DNA from: Catajapyx aquilonaris
Lineage: Eukaryota
Direction: 5' to 3'
NCBI GenBank assembly: GCA_000934665.2
Contig: KZ538987.1
Coordinates: 1 to 37,524 of the forward strand
DNA: 37,524 nt
Below, piece after piece: positions 1 through 10,418 of the stretch (the first letter of the stretch is position 1; each line of letters starts with the position of its first letter). Made by a program: the position numbers and the translations under genes. The notes under the pieces are model-generated. The model made no database searches. It had not been told where the DNA came from and saw only the letters and a list, made by a program, of their open reading frames with translations.

Positions 1-910
1 GGAGAGAGAGAGAGCGGCGAAAAATCACCCCCCCCCAACAACACCGTCTAGATCCGCTTTGTTGCTAATGGTTCGGTGATGCTAAATTAACATCCTACTT
101 ACTTGTATTACCGTTGCAGCTTCGAGCGAGGTACGAGGGACCACGAGGGACTAATTTTCCAGGCGTAACATAAGTATATGCAACTCGCGCCATCGCAAAA
201 CCCGTATTTTCTCCGTTTTTATTTGCAGCCACCTGGCGGCAAATGCCGAAGCTCATGGATTCGCCGCGCCCTGGCTGAACTATGTGTATTTGGAAATTAC
301 GCGACACCAGTGGAAAGGTGGCCAGACACGGAAATTCTTCACAGCTTTTAATCCTGTTTTTGCATTATTTTAAACTGATTATTATCAGTTTCGATAGCAT
401 GCAGTGGTAAATGGTCCGTTCAAGCCGGATACTTATAATGGTTCAAGTGTAGGGCTCAAAATACGTCCCTACAGGCGCCAAATTCCACCGGGTAAAACAC
501 CCCGATCTGGCAACGACAGCAGGTACAGACAAATCAAAATTTTTTACGCTGCAGCGTATTTCCGAAACCGGCCGTTTCTTTTGTACAGTTAAGGTTCACT
601 CTTATAGTCGTCGGAGCTGCGTCGGAGAGTATGTTTGGCAGTAATCAATGTCAAGAAATTGACTCTTAAGTTTACTAAGAAATTTTATGCTTAATGTTAT
701 TTGTTAATAAAAATTGACACCATTATTCTGATTTGCAATGTTCAATCAGACAAAGGACTAAACCCTTCCTTGAAGTTATGCACATAGGCCTGGGCATTAC
801 CATCACACAAGGTTTCCTGTGGATTTTAAATGCTACTCACTTAGGTCCAGTTGCACAATTACAAGTTTAACCTTAAACCACAGGGCTGCCAATTTACCCC
901 CCAACAATAC

Positions 911-1099
911 TTTAGGTTGGCCCAGCACTGCCTTCAATCTCCAAGGATAGGGAAGGAAGGAAGCGACCCCAGAATTATCCTAGAAAGACCGTGGAATACC
1001 ACAGAAAACCACATTCAGGGTTGCCTACCCCCGGATTCAAACCCAGGACCTCCCGATTAGCAGTCGGACGCCCTATCCAATATGCCAACCTGCTTCGGT
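911..1099 (-). mobile_element. tRNA-derived SINE
   Basis: tRNA-like head with B-box (GGTTTGAATCC on minus); flanking direct repeat ccaacaatac at 901-910 and 1103-1112; related copy at 34699-34866. Confidence 0.75.
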
Positions 1100-1518
1100 C
1101 CACCAACAATACCAACAATGTCAATCCTAGGGTTTAAAAGTAGTCCTGCAATGGAGCGACTGGGCCTTAATTGTTAGTGACAGAAGCCAAGATGCAACCA
1201 GAAATATCTGCGGCCATTCTCTTGCTCAAGCTTGCAATTTAATTACTGGAAAACTGCATGTTTTACTAGGAAAACGCCTACTCTCCAGAGTAGCACAGAA
1301 CCCGAAAGGTTCAGGTAGAATTTTGAGGTTGAAAATCATGATTAAGTGGCACTTGTGCTGACCCTTTTGTGACATATGCCATTTCTCACCCAGCATTGTT
1401 TACAGATTTTTGCAATGGTAGGTTGAATCCCATAATTGTCGGATGTGCTGGGTGCCATTTTTTTTTTAATGTATCGGACTAAACAAACCTAATATGACCT
1501 AAACTAACCTCCATTTCT

Positions 1519-2252
1519 CATCATCATCATCATCATCACGACATTTCCCTATGAGGGTAGTCAGCGATGAAGGGAGACGCAAGCTAACCCAACATATGAA
1601 CTAATAATTAAAACTCGTCAAAATAAACCTAAAAACAACCTGTCCCAACCCCCACCCCTGCCCACCTCAGACGACAGACACTCAATATTAATTTTAAATA
1701 TTACACTATGCAATACTGTACTTCGTAAAAAACAAGCCCTCCCCCCTCGCCACCAGCCACTACTCCGGACGCCCTGGCCACGCCGACGTGTATGGCACCT
1801 CCCTTGCACCTCATCGACCCCGCCAGGGACGTCCCCTCTACTCGCCGGAGCGAAGGAAGCCTTATCCTCAGACATATTTACCTATTTACCCATTAATTAA
1901 CCTACGCCATTTACACCTATCCAAACAAACAACCCTTGCCTCAGCCACGTCCATGGTCCTATTGACACATGAACGTCTCGGCTTAACACTAGCAACACCC
2001 TTAAGACACTGACCCACCTGGTCCAACCATGTCTTCCTAGGCCTACCCTTGCCCCTCTTACCAACTACTCCACCCAAATAAACCTTCTTCACAATCTCCT
2101 CCTCCTTCATCCTCTCCACATGGCCAAACCACCTTAGAGTAGACCTACACACCTTATCTTTAACAGTCTCCTTAACATTACACCTCTGCAAAATCTCCTC
2201 ATTCCTAATCCTATCCAACTTAGTAACCCCACAAACAGCCCGGAGATAACGC
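1519..2252 (-). mobile_element. RTE-clade LINE, 3' segment (RT C-terminus, 3' UTR, (ATG)n tail)
   Basis: RYLRAVCGVTKLDRIRNEEI...LRWFGHVERM...GKRGKGRPRKTWLD is a typical RTE C-terminus; trinucleotide tail at 1519-1538. Confidence 0.92.
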
Positions 2253-2966
2253 CTGAGGAGGTATGAGGATTAACGTAGATAAGACTAAGGTATTAGGCGC
2301 ATTCACACAAGCGACCTTTGGCCAGGAAGTTTCCTGGCCAAAAGTCGCCAAGACCGTTCACACGCTAGTGGCCAGGTTCGGTCAGGAAGGGAAGGTCGCC
2401 ACCCGAGCCAGGAAAAGCTGGCCGAGCCGGCCATGCACCGGAAGATGGCTAGCCATGGCCAGAGATGGTTGCCGGGAGTAACGCATGCGCAATAGCGGCC
2501 CTCCCAAGAGCCCCGCGATACTCACTTGTCCCCCAACAACGTCACTCGTGTGAACTGTTACTTTCGATTCCTGGCCAGGCGCTGGCCACGTTTCCATATT
2601 GGCCAGGAATTCCTGGCCAAGGGTCCCTCGTGTGAATGAGGCTATTGGTATTTGAGAGAGGACAGCAGGTTTCTCCTTGTATGTTGCAGGTACGAGGAAA
2701 ACTGGTTGAGCAGGTCAGCCAGTTTGTATACCTGGGTAGTGTCCTTGAGAGTTATGGTAGAATTGATGGGGAAATAGACAGGAGAGTTAGTTCTGGGTTG
2801 AAAGTAATAGGTGCCACAAGTAAGTTTTCTAGGAATAAGGACTTGTCTTCTGCCCGTAGGTTGTCTGTCTATTCTCACATTATTGTTCCTTCACTTATGT
2901 ACGGTAGTGAAGCGTGGGTTTGGTAAGATAGGCATAAGAGTAGGATGTTGGCTACAGAGATGCGTT
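2253..2966 (+). mobile_element. RTE-clade LINE, inverted upstream RT segment (interrupted by a MITE)
   Basis: MRINVDKTKVL|VFER...VEQVSQFVYLGS...EIDRRV...PSLMYGSEAWVW*...ATEMRYL; directly precedes the minus-strand segment in the RT sequence. Confidence 0.9.
2295..2643. mobile_element. PIF/Harbinger-group MITE inserted in the RTE
   Basis: Imperfect ~33-bp TIRs AGGCGCATTCACAC.../...GTGTGAATGAGGCT, 3-bp TSD ATT; removing it restores the RT frame KTKVLVF. Confidence 0.8.
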
Positions 2967-3312
2967 ACCTCCATTTCTGAATGTACTTAAACCTAACTGC
3001 CCAATTTTTCCGTGCTGCATGCAGTAGTGTACACTCCTATTTCAAGAACCTTCCATCATGGATTGCTCATCATTGAGCAAATGTAAAGGTTCCAAAGAAA
3101 TGTCACAGCAAAGTCACTATGAACCCTGCGGCTGCCAACACCAGTTCCAAATAAAATACAAAATGGTGGTTAAGTTATATGCAATTAGGACTAGGTTAGG
3201 TTGTTATTGTTGTGCGATGCTGGTGGTACACTCTCGCTGTTACACTACCCCTGTCCCCACCTCTCCCCTTGCGCAGCCTTCCTTCTTTCAACTTCCTCCG
3301 ACGCTTCGCTAA

Positions 3313-3584
3313 AGCGGCGTTCAGACGAGGCAACCTGGTTGCATGCAACCTGAAATACACGGAGAGAATAGGAACCTGGTTGCAGCCCCGGTTGTAGAAA
3401 AGGTTCGGCATTTTTTGGGTTGCTGCAACTTCCTACTCTCTCCATGTATTTCAGGTTGCATGCAACCAGGTTGCAGCCACATTGCTGCAACCACGTTGCC
3501 TCGTCCGGACCTGTATACTGGACCCCGACATCTCGAGTTCAACTCGAGACAGCCTCGGCCAGTATATGGGCCCTGAACACCGCT
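3313..3584. mobile_element. PIF/Harbinger-like palindromic MITE
   Basis: TIR AGCGGCGTTCAG / CTGAACACCGCT, TAA on both sides, long internal inverted repeat (GCAACCTGGTTGCATGCAACCTGAAATAC). Confidence 0.7.
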
Positions 3585-5096
3585 TAAGTCAAATGTATCT
3601 GGTGGCAAGGTGCTGAACTCCCACTCCAGGTGGAGCTGATGATAAAGCAGTAGTTGTCACCAGTCTCTTGTCTGGCAGGATTCCAGACAAGCAACTAAAT
3701 TCCCTGATATTTCCAGGTTGCTCGACACCCTGTGGCTGAGTAAAACATGCTCCGTTCATGCCCACAAAACTGCCTCTTCCATGCAAACCAGTACTTACTT
3801 TCCTGACACTAGATACTGAGCAGCTGTTAGTCACATTCCTCATAAATCATCTTTCTAACAATCACTGCAGGCTCGGGTGCAAGAATAACCGCAGTTGTAA
3901 CAGCCACTGTCCCCCCACTACCTCACTGTATGCATGACCAACTCAGCATCACTGCACAGTGACCACTGCTGCCCAGCTGTGTTCCCCCTCCATCTCTCAC
4001 TTTATCTCCAACCTCATGAATAACCTTTGTCCCACACTGGCTTGCAAATCCCCCTACCACCCCATACATTACCATCTAATTCAAACTGCTCACCACTTCG
4101 GCCTCCCCCCCACTAACCTGCCACACAGTTGGACTCTGCCACTCACAGATTCAAGCCATGTTTCACACGAAAACAGGGGGAAGAAAATGGTGGCAGGGTA
4201 AAGGAGGCCCTGAAGGGAGCGTGCAGGAGGGTGGGGAGGTGGGAGAAGAGGGTTTAGAAAATCACCCTACCTCCTTCCTCCTTAGCTTGTGGACCCTGTG
4301 GGCCACAAGAGCTCCAGCTAGCACCCTCCACCTGTGGGCAGCACGACACCGCAGCACTGCCCAGGTCGCCTAGTTCCCTGCAAGCACAGAGCAAACGAAC
4401 TCCTGTCGCACCACAGCCGCACAGCCTTCTGACACCGATGAGGGAGGAGACAGGAGAGGGAGTATCGATATTAGTCACTGAATCGATACGATGTTACGTC
4501 GATATGTTATGGAAATATGCCTCCTATTATGTCATATCGGAATTAAAACACAGGAGCTGGATCTGGATTTAATAAAATGCTGCGGTGTAGGTGATGCAAG
4601 ACCCTTATATGAACAAGTATGGTGTCAACATCTGTATCGATATTTGGGTACCTCCCTCCTCCATCAATCCCTTGCCTGCCATAGCTGCCGCCCTCCTCTC
4701 CCCACCAGAACATGGAGGAAGAATATTCCCCGTTTCGAGTCTTTCGACACCAAGGCGCCGATCGCGAGATGACATATTCCTGCTTCTGTACCGTTCTGTA
4801 CTCAATGATAACAATGACTACAGAGTCACACTAATACAGTTTTATATTATATATATTAGATGCGCAGGTGGAAAGAAAAGTTTTCTAGATAAAAGCGGGA
4901 GATTTAAAATTTGAATAGTTCTGATCCGGTTCTGATATGTCTACACATGGTATTTAATAGGGTAGTGGGAGTAGGTACTGGATAAGTCCATTGATATTTG
5001 TGAAACTCACCCATGGCCAATCAGCAGTTCAGACCCAGCACTGAGGTCATATTTTTGGTGGATGATAAAGCTGAACTTAGGGTGGTCAAATGTTAA

Positions 5097-5378
5097 CCCT
5101 GGAACCGTGCCGTGGGGTCTTTTTGGACCCCAAGGAATAAAATGCATTAAAATGATAATTACAATGAACTTTTGCCATTTTTTTACAGTATATAACAGAA
5201 AGTGCAGGTTTATTTTGAATTAGCGATCATTTTAGGCATTGTTCAAAGAATGATTGTATATAGTCAATACATTGAAAAGTATTATATAATAATTAATAAA
5301 AATGAAATTATGGTGGGGTCTGAAAAGACCCCACGGCACGATTGCCATAATACTTTTAGGCAAGGCACGGTTCCAGGG
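5097..5378. mobile_element. piggyBac-like MITE
   Basis: TTAA TSD on both sides, perfect 15-bp TIR CCCTGGAACCGTGCC, internal subterminal inverted repeat. Confidence 0.85.
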
Positions 5379-5965
5379 TTAATGGAATTTCTCCATAAAT
5401 CTCTGAGAGCCTAGTGCTAGCTTCCACTTCATCTGAGGTCCCACATTATTCTGATCTGCAGGTGAGACAGATAATTTTCTCAGGTGGGAAGAATTTCCCA
5501 AGTCCATGTTCATAGCATCACTACTTGGCAAGCAAAGATCCAGCAAGTCCCCAACTTACGTAGGTGTCTTGTTCCACCACATTATACGTAGAGTCAGTAA
5601 ACTTTGAAGCAACTCTGAACATGTTTTTAATAAATTATACAGTATACTGAACCTCACACATTGATACTGAAGTCACTGTTGCATTCAGTAATGGCCGTGA
5701 GTGGGAAAGAATTCCCCATGGGGCCCAGGAGTGGCCGAATCTGTGCATGTCAGAGCTATGTAAGTCACGGACTGGCTGCAATTCATTTTTGGAGGCATAC
5801 ATGGGTTGTCTGATAATTATTGGCAACACTGCTGTAATTTTCATACCAGTAAGGGTACACATGAACATTTCACATTACCTAGGTGTGGCTATTTTTATCA
5901 AATTTTTCCATAGTCATGGAAAGCTTTGAACACCCTCAGAAGAGTTTTTTGTGGAGGTGCCACGC

Positions 5966-6007
5966 AGAGGGAAGCGCCCTAAGATATATCTTAGGGCGCT
6001 TCCCTCT
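5966..6007. repeat. Perfect 42-bp palindrome
   Basis: agagggaagcgccctaagata|tatcttagggcgcttccctct. Confidence 0.9.
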
Positions 6008-6039
6008 TACAGAAACGAAAGCAATCTCAGAGTTCTTTC

Positions 6040-6520
6040 ATTTTTGTAGCTGATCGTATTCACATGTGCTCATGTCAGATGAATAGGGAGGATGTGCGAA
6101 CAGCTCCCATTCCCATTTCTGAAGAAAATTTCCGAACAGCAATGGTCACATGACACTGTGACAGCAAGGGTTGTAGTGGAAGACAATGGGTCCTCTCTGC
6201 AACAAATCATTCCTCTTACAGGGGATTTCTGGGCGGAGATGATGTTGCAATTATGGTATTGATGCTGCTTTCAAATTTCCATTCCCAATTCGATGCAGGT
6301 CCATCGCTGGTCCATATCCAACAGAGCTTCGACATGGACCGGGTTTGTTGCGGTATGGGAGGGGGCCTTCTTTAAAAGCTTGTACGAACCTCGCAATGGT
6401 ACGATACATGATGCAGAGTCACCACACACCTGCACAAGACCTTGATGATGCTGTCTGGCAGATTTTCCACGTGAAACAGGGACGAACAGGGATCTTAATG
6501 AAGCAGAGCTGTCTTTAGGG
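6040..6520 (-). mobile_element. Degenerate, internally deleted mariner transposase remnant
   Basis: Frameshifted motifs RGKSARQHHQGLVQVCGD, LLDMDQRWTCIEL, LQHHLRP and WEWELFAHPPYSSDMSTCEYD (mariner HPPYSPDL motif). Confidence 0.8.
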
Positions 6521-8266
6521 TGATCGCGTGGAGGGGGGACACTTTGAACAGGCATTTCTCTGCATATACTGCTACGAGTGCTTCGCAAATGGTACCATAG
6601 GGTTCCCCAGGGCCGACTCTAAAAGTACCTATCCACATTCGATCCTGGCAGCCTGGGGTGCCGAGTGGTAACCAAGGTGGTAACAGTGTTGCGAATAATT
6701 ATCGGACAACCAATTCAATGTCAGTTGCTATCCAATTCCCAATTAGAAAATCACTTGCATCTACCACTACTTTGTGAATATGAATGCACCAAAAAACTTC
6801 AGCATGTCTCTAAGTACTGTAACAGGAAGTTCCACTGCATATGGTTATGGTTTTGTCAATTTTACAAAAATCATGATGTTACCATTTTTTCCATGTTTTT
6901 TATTTCCTCAAACAGTTCATACACTAAAGTGAATATTGTAATCAAAGTAGGTCACACCTCACACTTTTACGAATATAAGTATTCCACTGACTTCATGAAA
7001 ATTCTTGCACAACAAGCGGTATACAAGGCAACACATGACCATCATCCTGATCACGATCCTGATGTGCATTACAATTCTCACCTCAGGCAAGATGTTGCCA
7101 CACCACTTAGCAGGCTTTTTGAAGAAATACAAGCATCGTGTACGATACATGTGCCAATAAGAAGCTTTATATAATCACACATTATCACTGCATCCCCCTG
7201 GACACGTCACTGTGCAAGTGTAAAACTCCCCATCTTCCACATGAACATATTATTTAAAACTCAACATTATTTCCCCTGTATATATCATTCTACATAATAA
7301 ATGCTTGTTAGTTGATGAAATACTTGTATGAATGGTATGTGAACTTCCAACTTTGACCTCCGCCTGAAGACCCTGGTCCCCCTTAATACGGAACTTCAAC
7401 TACATTCGAATGCACGTTCATCAGGCAGTAATCTTTTTGCTACATGCTTTTCAAAATAAATATGAAGATTTTCTTATGAATTTAGACACAACAGAAACAC
7501 AAAGTTAGCAAAAATTATTGAGACCAGGAATTTCATTTACAATACTGCTTACATTTTCAAGGAATATGTCACTAACTTGGCACCTATACAGGTGAAGCAA
7601 AAACTACCATAAGCAGTGGCGCATTTTCATCTCAATTCCCAACAGGTTCTGTTAACATGATTATGCCTCTGTGATGATGCACACTGCATGGACCCCATGG
7701 CAGATTGAAAATGCAACAAGCTTGGATATATACTGTTATGCCTGTTTGTGGACATGTGATTTTTGTCACCCTACACGAGTCCTACTAGATTTTAAAATGC
7801 CGTAGCATGTTACATGATTGTGATTGCTGGAAACTATTCATTTGGGAGGGTGGAATGTCTAATTGGGGAGTTGTCCATATCAATCAAAAGGCAACATGAC
7901 TCCATGGCAATTATTCATGACCACTTTCACAATACATTGCAGGTGAAACTACTGATTTTGCTTACATAATTATAATTAAACTAGTAGCGGACTTGTTGCC
8001 AAATTTTGGCATCACTTCTTGGCACACCCACCAACATGGAAGTTGTATGATAGGCCCCTACCAGTTGGCGCATAGGCTGTCCCTTTACACACTACTGCTG
8101 TGCTTAAGGGGACCATAGTACTACAAACACATTGGTGATGAGTACTGATGCGGAAAAGCCCACCAGGGTGCTACACCCAGCCCGTCTCCCCTCAATTGAC
8201 GTGGGTCCCACCCTTTTCTCCGCCAAATGTTCTCTAATTGTTAAACGCAAAAAGTGATTAACCATG

Positions 8267-8524
8267 TCGCACCCCAGCAATAACAGGGGCACAAGTCCAA
8301 AAAGTCAATTTCACAGGAGAGCACTTTGAAAGTTGTATAGTGTTGGTTTAGTGTTATCATAAATCAGGTATTGATGCAGCATTCGAATAATCAGAATTAC
8401 TAATTATTAATTTTTTAAAATCAGAATATGCATTCTGAATGTGCACACAGTCATGGACCCTGCTCTAGTAATAAGTCAAAATCGTCATTGTTGGACTTGT
8501 GCCCCTGTTATTGCCGGGGTGCGA
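8267..8524. mobile_element. MITE, superfamily unclear
   Basis: ~34-bp TIRs TCGCACCCCAGCAATAACAGGGGCACAAGTCCAA around an AT-rich core; no clear TSD. Confidence 0.7.
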
Positions 8525-10020
8525 ATTGTTTACTACTATTAATACCTAGGCGATGAGTGTTGACAGACATATAAGCAGAATGACAAAATTAGGCTTTTAG
8601 TGGTATGATAGTGCACCGAATTATCCAGCCTTGCTGCAAACATCTGCCATGAGCCAATGCAATGCACACATTAGCAGAAATATTTTCAGTAATGATTAAC
8701 CTGGCAGGCAGGATGTCTAGGTACACTTAATTTCACTGAAAACATGTCGAAGTTAAAGGCCTTGTCTTCCTCTTTAGTGAAACCTAACCAAATCTTATAA
8801 ACATGATCGTTCCATGTCTAACTTTTAAAGCATTTCTTAAACAGTTCAAGCCCAAGATACAGATTCAATGGTGCCCAAGATGTCAGGTGTCACAATTTGC
8901 AGGTGAACATAGACAATTACATTACACATACATGTGAGCAATATAGGTGCACACTTATGGTAATCAAATTTCATTAGGGATCCCAACTTATTTGGGGTGG
9001 GGTGGGGGTGTGGAGGGGAGGGGAAAGGAAAGACTACTGCTCTGAATAATGGAATAACTCAAAAGAAAAACTTGAACATAAAAATATTGGTCTGACCCAC
9101 CGCACACTAACAAATGTCAACAATTTGCATCATCATCTATCCACAGATGATTTCACAGGTAATTTACTCTCCATGTGCTGGTAACTTGATACATTTCATA
9201 TCTCCCCCTGAGCAAACCAATCTTATGCATCTTATGTGGAGAAAAAAATTAAAGTTAATAATAATTGTGGATCTTCTACCAAGTAAGATAACATTTCACT
9301 GTTTCCCAATCTCATCCCCTTACTAAATCATAATAAAAACATAGACCTTTGCCACCTACAGTATAAATTGGTGCAAAATATTACTCTTCATAACTTGGGC
9401 AAAAAAAAAAGTTGCCTTAATCACATCAATAACCACCTTGATATGAAGGAAAAAAATAAAAGGAAGAAAGCTTTTCTGATATCTACCAAATTTCCTTTTA
9501 CAGGTTTGTGCTGACATAGTCAACTGAACACTAGCTGAACTGTCCAAGGTGCTACCTGTCAATCTGAATATACAGGGTGGTCAATATATTATGTAAAATA
9601 GGCTGGGATGTGGATTACTTGGCCTATACCAACCCTCACTTTTGGTTGTGAGGTGTCATAACAGTTTGTGATGGCTATGAACTTGTCACAACAAAACTAA
9701 ACCTTGCTCCACATCATAATGATGCTGCCTATGCAATCATGATGTAAGCATTTTGTTCTTCTCCAAGTCAAAGAATTGCCTTATCTGCCTGTTACACAGG
9801 GTTCACTGACTATGTCTTAAAATGTACATGCTCTAAGTCTCAACAATTTTTCAAGGACGTGACCGTACGTGATTTCAAGTTCATTAAGCAACATTTAAAA
9901 AAATTAAATGTCACTAGTAAACATACATCTTGTCTATTACACAATAAGAATTGATGAGACACTTGTCGATCACATTAAAATGTCCCGTTCCCGTTCTTAA
10001 TGGGTTGCTAACTTGTAAAA

Positions 10021-10026
10021 TTTATT
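10021..10026 (-). promoter_or_regulatory. Candidate polyadenylation signal (AATAAA) of SAFB
   Basis: AATAAA on the minus strand about 180 nt after the stop codon; use not demonstrated. Confidence 0.35.
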
Positions 10027-10207
10027 TGCATTTTATATCCCAGATTTGACATCAATTGCATATCTTGCAAGATTCAGTTGGCAACCAACTTGCAAACGTT
10101 CTCAGGTGCATGCTAGTTATTTTGCCATACACACTCTGCATATCATATTACTTATAGTATACTAAACATGGTATAAATCTAGAGAACATGAACATGGAAA
10201 ATACAGG

Positions 10208-10418
10208 TTAGTAACGCCTTACAGGAACAGTTTGTTTGTAGGCATCAAATCGGTCTGGAACAAAGGGAGCACTTCCAGACAAGCTCAAATTCATTGACCC
10301 AATAGGTGCAGCCATACTGCTCTGGGGTGCACCATACAGACTGCTTAGGTTGCCCATGACACTTGGCCCAAGGGAGAGGCTTCCAGCTCGGGGACCTAGG
10401 TTTGCTGGTGGAACCCAC
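10208..10418 (-). CDS. SAFB: SAFB terminal coding exon 18
   Basis: ttttgttttccag|WVPPANLG...[16 protein letters not shown]. Confidence 0.92.

Noticed and set aside
3589..4110. Possible decayed LINE ORF1/esterase fragments (VVGD, FVGMN, SGILP)
   Set aside because: Motifs are too short and scattered to support without a profile search.
6665..7174. 169-aa plus-strand ORF
   Set aside because: No recognisable domain, AT-rich composition and no splice support.
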